DNA of 64,000 nt from an uncultured delta proteobacterium (GTDB lineage Bacteria > Myxococcota_A > Polyangia > Polyangiales > Polyangiaceae): NCBI GenBank assembly GCA_963782055.1, contig CAWAIF010000003.1, forward strand, positions 4,096,001 through 4,160,000. Reading direction: 5' to 3'. The position numbers and the translations under genes were made by a program. A model generated the notes under the pieces. That model was not told the origin of the DNA. It made no database searches and saw nothing but the letters and a program-made list of their open reading frames with translations. Of the stretch, positions 23,350 to 32,907 are shown in pieces (the stretch's first letter is position 1; each line of letters starts with the position of its first letter).

Positions 23350-24132
23350 ATGTCCCACGAGACGATCCTGAAGGCGCGCGAGGGCGCCGTCACCCTCCTG
23401 ACCCTCAACCGCCCGGACAAGCTCAACGCCCTCAACGCCCTGCTCCTCGGGGAGCTGGAGGAGGCGCTCATCGAGACCGAGGTGGACCAGCGCACCCGCG
23501 TGGTCATCCTGACCGGCGCCGGCGAGAAGGCCTTCGCCGCCGGGGCCGACATCGGGGCGATGTCGAGCATGACTCCCGCACAGGCCAGGGCCTTCTCCGC
23601 GCTCGGGCACCGCGTGTGCGCGCGCATCGAGTCGGCGCCCTTCCCCGTCATCGGCGCCGTCAACGGCTTCGCCCTGGGCGGCGGCTGCGAGCTCGCGCTC
23701 GCCTGCGATTTCGTCTACGCCAGCGAGAAGGCGAAGCTGGGACAGCCGGAGGTGAAGCTCGGCGTGATCCCGGGCTTCGGCGGGACGCAGCGGCTCGCTC
23801 GGCGGGTCGGCATCGGCCGCGCGCGCGAGCTCTGCTTCACTGGCGGGATGATCGGCGCCCAGGAGGCGCTGCGCATCGGCCTGGTGAACGCGGTGGTCCC
23901 CGTCTCGGAGCTGCTGACGCGGGTGAGCCAGGTCGCCACCACCATCGCGACGATGGGGCCGCTGGCGATCGCCCAGTGCAAGCGCGTCCTGCTGCGAGGC
24001 GCCAATCTGCCCCTCCCCACCGCCAACGAGCTGGAGAGTCAGGCGTTCGCGGGGCTGTTCGGCTCGGAGGACCAGCGCGAGGGCATGGCGGCGTTCCTCG
24101 CGAAGCGGGACGCGCAGTTCAAGGGGCGTTGA
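23350..24132 (+). CDS. crt: Enoyl-CoA hydratase/crotonase
   Basis: LNRPDKLNAL, AFAAGADI, GFALGGGCEL, GQPEVKLG.IPGFGGTQRL, EDQREGM.AF. Confidence 0.92.
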   Translation: MSHETILKAREGAVTLLTLNRPDKLNALNALLLGELEEALIETEVDQRTRVVILTGAGEKAFAAGADIGAMSSMTPAQARAFSALGHRVCARIESAPFPVIGAVNGFALGGGCELALACDFVYASEKAKLGQPEVKLGVIPGFGGTQRLARRVGIGRARELCFTGGMIGAQEALRIGLVNAVVPVSELLTRVSQVATTIATMGPLAIAQCKRVLLRGANLPLPTANELESQAFAGLFGSEDQREGMAAFLAKRDAQFKGR

Positions 24133-24146
24133 GTTGCATGCTACCG

Positions 24147-24178
24147 GCTGGCACGCGCAGGCACGGGTGCGTGCCGGC
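24147..24178 (+). terminator. GC-rich hairpin after crt (possible terminator or stability element)
   Basis: GCTGGCACGCGC / GTGCGTGCCGGC imperfect inverted repeat; no immediate U-tract. Confidence 0.35.
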
Positions 24179-24457
24179 ACATGTGGGCTATCCGCTGTTT
24201 TTGCGGACATTTCAGCGTCATTTAGACCCACATTGACACACATGGCGGTGGCTCAGCCCGGGACTCCCGCCCGAGCGCGGCCGTGCGAAGGGCAGCGCGG
24301 CCGCATTTTCGATCGGCATGTTCCGGCCCCTCGTCACGTTGGAGGGGGAACGCCAGCCCGAGACGTAGTCCTAGCGGTGTGCCCTCAGACTTGGTAAGCA
24401 CGCGCCCCCAGCCGCCAGCTTGCGGTCGGTGCTGCTGCCTCCGACGCCCAGGCGCCC

Positions 24458-27400
24458 ATGACCGAAACGCCCGAAGACGAGAAGAAGCAGGACGCCACCG
24501 GCGACGAGGAGCCGCACGCCGCCGAGCCAGCCGCCGCGGGCGAGAAGCCCACCGCGAAGCCGGATGAGGGCGACGTTGCGAAGGCGGAGGCCACACCCAG
24601 GCCCGCCAAGGCAAGCGCCAGGAAGAAGGCGACGAAGGGGGAGGCCGCCAAGCCTGTCAAGGCGGAGGCCCCGCCGGCCCGGGATGACGCCGGGACGCGA
24701 GACGCGGATGCGGAGGACGACGAGACCACCCTCATCCCCCGCGGCAACCCTTTGCGATGGACACGCGGCGGCGTGACCGCGCTCGTCGGCGCGCTGGGCG
24801 CCCTGCTCCTGATGGGCCACAACGCCCAGATCCACATCGTCGGCGTGCCGCTGGGCTTCCTCTTCATCCTGGTGACGACCTTCGGCCTGATGGACCTGGT
24901 CGGCTCCTTCGACGACGCCGGCGAGACGCACGCCACGGCGGAGCTCGGGCCCGTGCTGCGGTCGCTGGCCGCGGTGTTCGGCACCGGCGTGCTCTTCTTC
25001 CTGACGCTCGCCGGCGGGCAGAGCGGGATGGGGACCCAGCCGCTCTGGGGCGCGCTGGTCACCCTCGCCTTCGTCGGCGCGGTGCTCGCCGTCTACGATC
25101 TTGGCGTCAAGCTCGGCCCCTGGCGGAGCGACGAGACGGGCGAGCCGCGCCCGCTCTGGAAGCGGCACGGCTTCTGGCTGGTGGTGATCGCCGCGCTGCT
25201 CTACCTGCCCGCGCTGGGCAGCTACTCGCTCTGGGATCCGTGGGAGACGCACTACGGCGAGGTGTCGCGCGAGATCCTCGCGCGCGACGACTGGATCTCC
25301 ATCTGGTGGGCTCAGGATGGCTGGTTCTTCTCCAAGCCCATCATGAACTTCTGGATCCAGGCGCTCGCCATGGCGACGATGGGCACCCACTACCAGCCGG
25401 ACAAGATGCTCATCGGCGTGGGCGGGCTGCCCAACGCGCACCCCGAGTGGGTGGTGCGCACGCCCAACTTCCTGCTCACGGTCATCGGCCTCTACATCAT
25501 CTACAAGGGCGTCGCGAAGGTCTTCGGCCGGCGCGCGGGGTTCCTCGGCGGCCTGGTCCTCGCGACGATGCCCCAGTGGTACTTCCTCGCCCACCAGACG
25601 ATGACCGACATGCCGTTCGTCTCGACGATGACGGCGGCGATGGGGCTGCTGCTGCTCGGGCTGCACACCGAAGAGAACAGGAAGGTGCGGCTCTACGAGC
25701 TGAACCTCGGCAAGACGAAGCTGCGCCTCTCCGGGTGGCACCTGGTCTTCGGCGCGATCCTCGCGGTGGCGTTGCCGCAGATCCTCTACCTGGCCTCGCG
25801 CAACCTGGAGCTGGTGCTCCACGGGTCCGGCCCGCACGGCTTCCGCGCGCACTGGGACGAGTTTTACAGCGGCTCCGGCCTCGGCAACTGCGGCCTCCCC
25901 GGCAACGAGGCGTGCAACCTCACCCACCCTGCGTCCATCCCGCGCGCGGCGGGCATCCACCCGACGAGCTTCGGGGGGGACCTGCTCCGCATGTTCGGCG
26001 GCTTCGAGCCGGTCGTGCAGGCGGTGGTGTGGGGCGCGGGCATCGGCATCCTGCTCTACCTCTCCTGGGGCGAGCGCCGGCTCCGGCGGCTGTACTACCT
26101 CGCCGCCTGGTTCTTCGCCGCCCTCTCCACGATGGCGAAGGGCCCCGCCGGCTTCGGCCTGCCGATGCTCTGCGGCTTCGGCTACGTGATGGCGACGCGC
26201 CGCTGGTCGGAGCTGTTGCGCTTCGAGATCGTGGCGGGGCTGCTCATCATCCTGACGGTGGCGATCCCCTGGTACGTGGCGATGTACGTGCGGCACGGCA
26301 CGCCGTTCACCGACCGGCTCATCTTCCACGACATGTTCAACCGCGCCTTCCACCACGTGCACGACACGAACGAGGGCGACGACACGAGCTTCCGCTTCTA
26401 CATATGGCAGCTCGGGTACGCGACGTACCCATGGACGGGCCTCGCACCACTGGGGCTGTTGTGGTGGCTCCGGCGGCGTGACAACGCCGCGAGCGGGCGC
26501 GGGGACGTCTCCATCTTCCTGGCGATGTGGTTCATCTTCGCCTTCGCCCTGTTCTCCTTCATGGGGACGAAGTTCCACCACTACATCTTCCCCGCGGTCC
26601 CGCCGATCGCGATGCTCATCGGCATCGTGCTGGACGACATGATCGGCAACGTCGAGCTGCGCGGTATCAAGTGGCCGCTGTTCGCCGTGGGGGCGGGGGC
26701 GGCGGCGGTGCTCGTCGTGCTGGGCGTCACCGCCAAGATGGGGGGCACGCCCTGGGGCGAGGGCAAGGGCGGCATCACGGCCGTCGCGGTGGTGGCGGGC
26801 GTGCTCCTGGTGGTCGCGCTGGCGCGCAAGGCGATCCCCTTCTTGAACGATCACTCGGAGGCGGTGCCCCGCGCCGAGACGCCGAAGACGCCGGAGCTCC
26901 CGGCGGAGACGACGGAGGCGACGCCGTACCGCGGCGCGCCGGCGGCGAAGGACGACGGCGAGCAGGCCGCGGCCGAGCGGCGCGCGATGCACGAGCGGCT
27001 GATGCTCGGGGCCGCGGCGATCGCCGGCACGCTCATCATGGCCATCGTCGGGCGCGATCTGGCGATCAAGCCGGAGAACTCCGACCAGCCGGGCGCGATC
27101 CGCCTGCTGCAGCTCTTCACCTACAACTACCGGCGGCCCTGGCCGGAGGTGCTGCACTTCGGCGCGGTGCTCACCGGCTTCGCGATCGTCGCGTGCGTGC
27201 TCGGCGTGGCGCTCGCCGTCTACAAGCTGCGGCGGCACGCCGTGCTGGCGATGTGCGGCTTCGCCTTCGTGTGGGCGCTCTGGGGGCTGGACGTCTACAT
27301 GGTGAAGACGGCGCCGCACTGGGGCCAGCACGACATCATCCAGAAGTACTACGAGGACCGCACCGGCCCCGAGCAGCCGCTCGTCGCCTACCAGATGAAC

Positions 27401-27634
27401 TGGAAGGGCGAGAACTTCTACACGAGCAACCACATCCCGGCGTTCGTCTCCACGGGATCGACCTTCAGCCGGTGGGTGCGCGAGCAGAAGGCGAAGGGCA
27501 CCACGGTGATGTACTTCATCACCGAGCACACGCGCACCGGCGGGCTGCGGGCGGAGGTGGGCGCGAAGTCGTACCGCGAGGTCACCGACAAGGCGCTCTG
27601 CAACAAGTTCGTCCTGGTCCGCGCCGAGCTCTGA
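24458..27634 (+). CDS. ArnT/PMT-like (GT83/GT39) polytopic glycosyltransferase, 1058 aa
   Basis: LWDPWETHYGEVSREI, WFFSKP, DMPF, AKGPAG..LP, PWYVAM, TKFHHYIFPAVP motifs; many TM helices. Confidence 0.88.
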   Translation: MTETPEDEKKQDATGDEEPHAAEPAAAGEKPTAKPDEGDVAKAEATPRPAKASARKKATKGEAAKPVKAEAPPARDDAGTRDADAEDDETTLIPRGNPLRWTRGGVTALVGALGALLLMGHNAQIHIVGVPLGFLFILVTTFGLMDLVGSFDDAGETHATAELGPVLRSLAAVFGTGVLFFLTLAGGQSGMGTQPLWGALVTLAFVGAVLAVYDLGVKLGPWRSDETGEPRPLWKRHGFWLVVIAALLYLPALGSYSLWDPWETHYGEVSREILARDDWISIWWAQDGWFFSKPIMNFWIQALAMATMGTHYQPDKMLIGVGGLPNAHPEWVVRTPNFLLTVIGLYIIYKGVAKVFGRRAGFLGGLVLATMPQWYFLAHQTMTDMPFVSTMTAAMGLLLLGLHTEENRKVRLYELNLGKTKLRLSGWHLVFGAILAVALPQILYLASRNLELVLHGSGPHGFRAHWDEFYSGSGLGNCGLPGNEACNLTHPASIPRAAGIHPTSFGGDLLRMFGGFEPVVQAVVWGAGIGILLYLSWGERRLRRLYYLAAWFFAALSTMAKGPAGFGLPMLCGFGYVMATRRWSELLRFEIVAGLLIILTVAIPWYVAMYVRHGTPFTDRLIFHDMFNRAFHHVHDTNEGDDTSFRFYIWQLGYATYPWTGLAPLGLLWWLRRRDNAASGRGDVSIFLAMWFIFAFALFSFMGTKFHHYIFPAVPPIAMLIGIVLDDMIGNVELRGIKWPLFAVGAGAAAVLVVLGVTAKMGGTPWGEGKGGITAVAVVAGVLLVVALARKAIPFLNDHSEAVPRAETPKTPELPAETTEATPYRGAPAAKDDGEQAAAERRAMHERLMLGAAAIAGTLIMAIVGRDLAIKPENSDQPGAIRLLQLFTYNYRRPWPEVLHFGAVLTGFAIVACVLGVALAVYKLRRHAVLAMCGFAFVWALWGLDVYMVKTAPHWGQHDIIQKYYEDRTGPEQPLVAYQMNWKGENFYTSNHIPAFVSTGSTFSRWVREQKAKGTTVMYFITEHTRTGGLRAEVGAKSYREVTDKALCNKFVLVRAEL

Positions 27635-27641
27635 TCCCGCC

Positions 27642-28094
27642 TCACGGCTTCGGGGCGCCCGCCTCGATCCACGCGTGGACGAGCGCGGGGAGGCGCGGGT
27701 CGAAGGGCTGGTTCTGCGGCATGCGCGAGCCGTCGATGGAGGCGTCCGCTTCGGTCTTGGCGTAGAGGTAGCTGTGCTCGGGGTCGAAGGGAGCGACGCG
27801 CAGGACGCCGGGCACCTCCGTCGAGGAGACGCCCACCAGGTTCGCCGTCTCGTCGCCCGGGGGGAAGGTGAGGCCGCCGGCGTTCTGCCCGTGGCAGGAC
27901 TCCACGCCGTCGCAGCCACGCAGGATGACGCCCATCTTGGCGGCGACGGAGGCGTCGGAGTCGTAGACGCCCGTGGTGGCGGTCTGGAAGGGGTCGACGT
28001 CGTCCGCGGCGTCGCCCGCGTCGGCTGCGTCGGGGGACGTGGAGCACGCGGCGAGCGCGAGGAGGAGGAGCGGGAGCAAGAGGGCGGTCCGCAC
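27642..28094 (-). CDS. Small lipoprotein with cytochrome c-like (planctomycete cytochrome C type) domain
   Basis: LAAC lipobox; CDGVESCH; RVAPFDPEHSYLYAK...RMP...WIEAGA. Confidence 0.7.
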   Translation of the reverse strand: MRTALLLPLLLLALAACSTSPDAADAGDAADDVDPFQTATTGVYDSDASVAAKMGVILRGCDGVESCHGQNAGGLTFPPGDETANLVGVSSTEVPGVLRVAPFDPEHSYLYAKTEADASIDGSRMPQNQPFDPRLPALVHAWIEAGAPKP

Positions 28095-28132
28095 GGAGCC
28101 ACCGTGACGCAACCGGCGTGCCGGCCCGGGAG

Positions 28133-28450
28133 TCACTCCGCGGCGGCGTCCGCGGCGCCGGGGCCGGGCGCGTCCCGCATGGCGCACGTGCCTGCGTTGC
28201 AGTACGCGGCGCGCGCCGGGCACACCCCGCACGCGTCGCGGCACTGCCCGATGCGCTCGCGCTCGGCGACGTATTTGCCCCACTCCGTCTGGTTGATCGC
28301 GCCGAGCTGACACGTGCACGAGCAGATGTCGCCCACCTGCACCGCGACGCAGTCCTCGTCCACCTGGCAGCTGGTGTCGTAGCCGCTGGTGTCGATGGTG
28401 CTGCCGCACGCGACGACGAGCAGGCAGGGGGCGGCGAGCCACCGGAGCAT
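28133..28450 (-). CDS. Small Cys-rich lipoprotein
   Basis: VVAC lipobox; YDTSCQVDEDCV...CSCTC..GAIN...C; TAGAGT 7 nt before the ATG. Confidence 0.75.
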   Translation of the reverse strand: MLRWLAAPCLLVVACGSTIDTSGYDTSCQVDEDCVAVQVGDICSCTCQLGAINQTEWGKYVAERERIGQCRDACGVCPARAAYCNAGTCAMRDAPGPGAADAAAE

Positions 28451-28460
28451 GGGCCGCACT

Positions 28461-29261
28461 CTACGCCGGTTTGGCTGGCAGCGCGCCTTGCGGCGCCACC
28501 GCGGGGAGGCGCGCGACCCCGGCGGCGAGGCGATCGTCCCAGACGACCATCCGCGCGGCGCCCGCCACGCCGAAGGGCAAAAGCAGCACGCCCAGGCCGG
28601 GGACGAGCAGGACGACCGCGCCCAGCGACCCGAAGGCGAGCACCGCGGCGAAGTTGCGTCCGATGAAGCGCATCCTGTCCCCGACCGACGCGCCGCGCAG
28701 GCCGAGCGGGTAGTCGAAGAAGTCCCACGCGAGCAGGAGGGCGGAGACGATGAACTTGAGGGGCAGCGTCACGATCACCGCGGGGGGCGCGAGCAGCTCG
28801 ATCACCGTCAGCAGGGCGAGGATGGGCAGGCTGATGGCGAGGCCGGTGAGGGTGACGGCGACCGAGCGGCGCATGGAGTCCAGCAGCGGTGGCTCGGGCC
28901 ACTCCTTGCCGCCGAGCTCCGTCTCCTGCTTGCGTGCGATGCGGTCCAGCGCGAAGCCGCTCAGCGGCTGCGCCAGCGCGAAGGCGACCAGGACGGCGAC
29001 GAGGACCGCCACCGCGCTCAGCAGGAGCAGGAGCACCCACTGCCCGACCGCCGACCACACGGTGGAGCCGCTGAAGAAGGCCTCGGCCGCGCGGGTGGCG
29101 CCCAGGATGCCGAGCGCCGAGAGGCCGCCGCCGAGCACCACGAGCCACATGACCGGCACGGCGGCGTAGCCCCACACGGAGGGGCGGCCCACGACGAACC
29201 CCACCCCGCCGAAGAAGGCGCGCAGGCCATCCCAGATCCGCAGGCGTCGCACGGTCTTCAT
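28461..29261 (-). CDS. EI24/CysZ-like membrane protein
   Basis: Hydrophobic hairpins, QPLSGFALD.I, LAWDFFDYPL, FG...VLLVPGL. Confidence 0.8.
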   Translation of the reverse strand: MKTVRRLRIWDGLRAFFGGVGFVVGRPSVWGYAAVPVMWLVVLGGGLSALGILGATRAAEAFFSGSTVWSAVGQWVLLLLLSAVAVLVAVLVAFALAQPLSGFALDRIARKQETELGGKEWPEPPLLDSMRRSVAVTLTGLAISLPILALLTVIELLAPPAVIVTLPLKFIVSALLLAWDFFDYPLGLRGASVGDRMRFIGRNFAAVLAFGSLGAVVLLVPGLGVLLLPFGVAGAARMVVWDDRLAAGVARLPAVAPQGALPAKPA

Positions 29262-29311
29262 CCTGACCACCCGAGCGCCGGCGTCAACCCAATCCGTTGT
29301 ACGCTCGGGGC

Positions 29312-29941
29312 ATGAGGCGGGTGATCCTGGCCGCTGGGGTGATGGGCCTTGTCGCGGCGTGCGGCGCGCAGAGGCCGCCACCCTCGTCGGCGGACACGAT
29401 CACTCTCCCGGGCGCGCCCCTCGCCTCCCCTGCCCCCGGCGGTCCGCAGCAGTGGCCCGCCTGCGGGCGGACACCGGGGCAGGCTCCGGTCAAGGCCCTC
29501 GACGGCATCACGCACACGCCCACCTGCAACCGCATCGCGACCCAGTGGGCGAACCTGCCGGCGGCCGACCGGGCGTGCGAGACCGACGCGGACTGCGTGG
29601 TCTTCACCGACGACGCGCGCTGCCACGCGACGACGCTCACCAGGCGAGCCGCGCCGCGCTACACGCCTCCGTGCGGGAGGCCCGACGCCGGCCCGTGCGG
29701 GGGCGGCCGCGTCCCCGCCGCTGCGAGGTGCTCGCACGGGTGCTGCGTCCTGCCCGACGGCGGCTTCGGCGACCTGGTGCATACCTACGTCCGGGCGCGG
29801 CCCCCCCCGGACAGCGACCCTCTGCTGCCTACCGGCGGCGGGAGCTGCCATTGCGGGCCGAACGACCGCTGCTGCGGCGGGGGCATGCCCGGGCACTGGC
29901 GCTGCGTCGACAGGAAGCGCCCGTGCCCCGCCGTGCCGTGA
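29312..29941 (+). CDS. Cys-rich lipoprotein
   Basis: MRRVILAAGVMGLVAAC lipobox; RACETDADC and many Cys pairs. Confidence 0.75.
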   Translation: MRRVILAAGVMGLVAACGAQRPPPSSADTITLPGAPLASPAPGGPQQWPACGRTPGQAPVKALDGITHTPTCNRIATQWANLPAADRACETDADCVVFTDDARCHATTLTRRAAPRYTPPCGRPDAGPCGGGRVPAAARCSHGCCVLPDGGFGDLVHTYVRARPPPDSDPLLPTGGGSCHCGPNDRCCGGGMPGHWRCVDRKRPCPAVP

Positions 29942-29945
29942 CCGA

Positions 29946-30890
29946 TCACCCACCGGCGAAGGCGATGCCCTCGAAGTCCTCCGCGCGGAACGGCAGGGTG
30001 AGCCACGGCTCGCGGGGGTGGGGCTCGGCGTAGAGCGGCGGGCGCGCGGCGAAGCGCGTGGGGTAGTAGTTGCGCTGGAAGAGCAGGTCCATCGCCCGGC
30101 GTGAGACGTCCGGCTCGCGGCGCAGCTCCTCGCGCACCGCGGCGTCGTCGCAGGCGGCGACGGCCTCGTCCACCGCCGGCTCGCTCCACGCGGTGAAGGC
30201 CGCCGTCTTCGCGTCACCGACGGCCTCGGCCGGGCGCGGCTCGTTGCCGTGCACCCAGAGCGGCGTCTCGCCGGGCGCGGCGAAGGGATCCACGTACGCG
30301 CCGTCCAGCCACACGTTGAAGTGCACGTGCGGCACGCTCCACGGGAAGGCGACGAAGCCGTCCAGCCCGGAGTAGCCGGAGAGGGCGACGGGCTGGCCAC
30401 GGCCCACGACGTCTCCCGGGCGCACCAGCGCGCGCGCCAGGTGATTGCTGGTGGTGATCAGACCGCGGCCGTGGTCGACGAAGACCTTCAGGCCGCCGCG
30501 GTTGAACTCGCTGGAGACGCGCAGCACCTTCCCCGGCGCCGCCGCGACGACCACCGTGCCCACCGGCACGGCGAAGTCGGTGCCGTTGTGGCTGTCGTAG
30601 GAGAGGCTCCCGCCGCGAAAGTCGCGGACCTGCGTCTTGCGCACCGACCAGCCCTCCTCGATGGGCGTGGGCGTGCGGTTGAAGAGGTTGGAGATGGGGA
30701 CCCGGCGGTCGCCGCGCCTCGCGCCCAGCCACGTCCGAAGGCTGAGGGCGGGGTGGAAGATCCCCAGGCTGGAGAGGCCGAAGCGGGTGGCGGGCACGCT
30801 GGCGTCGCCGCGCAGGGCGAGCCACGCCTCACGCGCGCGCACCGGCAGCGGGCGCAGGCCGAAGGTCTCCAGGACGCCGATCCGATCCAT
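29946..30890 (-). CDS. M23 family metallopeptidase without evident signal peptide
   Basis: HNGTD (HxxxD), V.AAAPG.V, HL....V..G..V..GQ, PHVHF (HxH). Confidence 0.88.
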   Translation of the reverse strand: MDRIGVLETFGLRPLPVRAREAWLALRGDASVPATRFGLSSLGIFHPALSLRTWLGARRGDRRVPISNLFNRTPTPIEEGWSVRKTQVRDFRGGSLSYDSHNGTDFAVPVGTVVVAAAPGKVLRVSSEFNRGGLKVFVDHGRGLITTSNHLARALVRPGDVVGRGQPVALSGYSGLDGFVAFPWSVPHVHFNVWLDGAYVDPFAAPGETPLWVHGNEPRPAEAVGDAKTAAFTAWSEPAVDEAVAACDDAAVREELRREPDVSRRAMDLLFQRNYYPTRFAARPPLYAEPHPREPWLTLPFRAEDFEGIAFAGG

Positions 30891-30901
30891 GCGCCGCCTC
30901 A

Positions 30902-32863
30902 CTACTGCAAGAAGCCCGCCGCGCTGAGGAGCGCGACGACGACGCCGAGGAGGCTCTCGCCGGCGATGACGCCCGAAGCGACCGGCGTGAAGTACTGCTC
31001 GGCGTGCTCGCGGCGGTACTTCATCCAGAAGTGGACGAGGAGGGCGCCGAGGAACATCGACACCGAGTTGAAGCACGGGATGACGAGCGCGAGGCCGAGG
31101 CCGGTCGCGCTGGGGACGAAGCGCTTGTAGCGGGGCAGCGCGCGCTCGAGCAGCGGCAGGATGATGCCGATGATGCCGCCGATGAGCAGGCCCCAGCGGG
31201 CCCACGGGTGGAGCGACTCCACGCCGTTCGCCAGGACCTCGGCGACGCCCTTCCACACCTGCGCGCTGGGCGCGGGGAAGCGATCGGTGCCGAGCGCCGC
31301 GGGCGTCGGCACCAGCGCGTAGAACGCGGGCACGGCGACGGCGGTGCCGACGAGGGTGCCGGAGAGCTGCGCGAGGAACTGCTGCCGCGGGTTGGCGCCG
31401 AGGAGGTAGCCGCTCTTCAGGTCGTTCAGCAGGTCGGCCGCCGCGCCGGCGGTGCCCGCCGTCACGCTGGCGGTCATCAGGTTGGTGGTGATGTTGGACG
31501 GGGCGAGGATGCCGTAGGTGAGCTGCGTGATCTTGCCCATCGCCCCGACGGGGGTGATGTCGGTCTCGCCGGTGGCGCGGCACGCGACGATGGCGAGCGC
31601 GAAGGCGAGGATGACCGCGACGACGCCCATCCACGGACGGATGTCGAAGGCGAGCCACCCGATGGTGACCAGGCCGAGCGTGGCGACCGCGGTGCCGCCG
31701 ATGAACCAGGAGCTGGGCACCTCGATCTTCTCCAGCTCCTCGCGGGCCTTCTCCAGCTCGCCGGTGGCCGCGACCTTCGGCTTGCGGGAGAAGAGCTGGG
31801 CGAAGCCGCTGAAGGCGCGCAGCACCGTCCGCCACTGCATGCCGAAGGTGAGCAGCCCGGAGGTGACCATGATCGCGGCGCCGGGCCACAGGCTGAAGGC
31901 GACGATGTTGCGGTAGCCGAGGACCTGCGTGCCGTGCGGGCCGGGCGTCATGTGGATGGCGCCGTGCGCCAGCGCCATCGGCGCGATGACACCGTAGTTG
32001 ATGAGCGCGCCCACCAGCATGCTGATGGTGGTGCGAAGGCCCATCAGCATGCCCGCCGCCACCATGATGAGCGAGCCCTCGAAGGAGATGGTGTACGCGA
32101 CCAGCGGCAGCCCGCGGATCTTCAGGTAGGGGATGGGGATGAGCGCGGGGATCTTGCTCAGCTTGGTGAAGACGCCGAGGATCTTGTGCCCTGGGGCCGC
32201 GTGGGCGTCGCGCAGCCAGGCCACCAGCGCGCCGATGCCCATGGCCGTGAAGAGCGAGCGCGCCTTCTTGGCGGCGCCGCCCCCCGAGCCGTAGAGCGAC
32301 TTGAGCGTCTCGGCGGCGGCCGTGCCCGAGGGGAAGCGCAGCTTCTCGATGTTGATCATCTGCCGCTTCATCGGGATGGCCATGATCGTGCCGAGGGCCG
32401 CCATGAAGAAGAGCCACGCCATCAGCGTGCGCATCGGCAGGTGGTGCCCGGTGACCAGCAGCAGCGCCGAGATGGCCGACACCAGGATGATCGTCGTGGT
32501 GCTCGCCGCGCTGGAGGCGGTCGACTGCATCGCGTTGTTCTCCAGCATCGTCAGGTTCGAGCCGAAGAGGCGCGGGAAGAGCCGCGCGAGCGTGGAGTAG
32601 ACCGCGAAGGAGAGGATGCACGCGGTGATGGCGACGCCGAGCCCCCAGCCTGTCTTCAGACCGACGTAGAGGTTGGACAGCGCCATCATGGCGCCGATGA
32701 GGCTCCCGACCAGGAAGGAGCGCAGGGTGAACTGCCGCACGTTGCCCTGGTAGACGTTCTTGAACCAGTCGATCTCCGGGTCGGAGATCTCGGGCGAGCC
32801 GGCGGAGGCACGGTAGGGCTTGCCCTCCTCCTCGCCGGGGGTGGGCGGGTCGGTCTGCGACAT
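30902..32863 (-). CDS. OPT family oligopeptide transporter
   Basis: TLRS, YVGLKTG, ENNAMQS.ASS, LRFPSGTAAAE, GETDITP.GAMGK, DLKSGYLLGANPR.Q, SGVIAGES. Confidence 0.93.
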   Translation of the reverse strand: MSQTDPPTPGEEEGKPYRASAGSPEISDPEIDWFKNVYQGNVRQFTLRSFLVGSLIGAMMALSNLYVGLKTGWGLGVAITACILSFAVYSTLARLFPRLFGSNLTMLENNAMQSTASSAASTTTIILVSAISALLLVTGHHLPMRTLMAWLFFMAALGTIMAIPMKRQMINIEKLRFPSGTAAAETLKSLYGSGGGAAKKARSLFTAMGIGALVAWLRDAHAAPGHKILGVFTKLSKIPALIPIPYLKIRGLPLVAYTISFEGSLIMVAAGMLMGLRTTISMLVGALINYGVIAPMALAHGAIHMTPGPHGTQVLGYRNIVAFSLWPGAAIMVTSGLLTFGMQWRTVLRAFSGFAQLFSRKPKVAATGELEKAREELEKIEVPSSWFIGGTAVATLGLVTIGWLAFDIRPWMGVVAVILAFALAIVACRATGETDITPVGAMGKITQLTYGILAPSNITTNLMTASVTAGTAGAAADLLNDLKSGYLLGANPRQQFLAQLSGTLVGTAVAVPAFYALVPTPAALGTDRFPAPSAQVWKGVAEVLANGVESLHPWARWGLLIGGIIGIILPLLERALPRYKRFVPSATGLGLALVIPCFNSVSMFLGALLVHFWMKYRREHAEQYFTPVASGVIAGESLLGVVVALLSAAGFLQ

Positions 32864-32907
32864 GGCGCGCCTCTATACCGCGGGGGGCGTCGCGCAGGAA
32901 GCGCGCC

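Noticed and set aside
24149..24165. Sigma54 promoter (TGGCACG...)
   Set aside because: The -12 GC is not at the required spacing; better explained as one arm of a hairpin
24233..24310. TTGACA plus a tRNA-like start (GGCGGTGGCTCAGCCCGG) and hairpin in the crt-glycosyltransferase spacer
   Set aside because: No matching -10 at 16-18 nt, and no T-arm (GTTCRA) or acceptor stem; cannot support a tRNA or ncRNA call
24371..28102. Very long antisense or alternate-frame ORFs (for example 24371-28102-, 33202-36873+, 19070-22399+, 47882-51637+, 47997-51371-)
   Set aside because: Shadow ORFs expected at this GC content; they overlap genes with clear family motifs and have Arg/Ala/Pro/Gly-biased, motif-free translations
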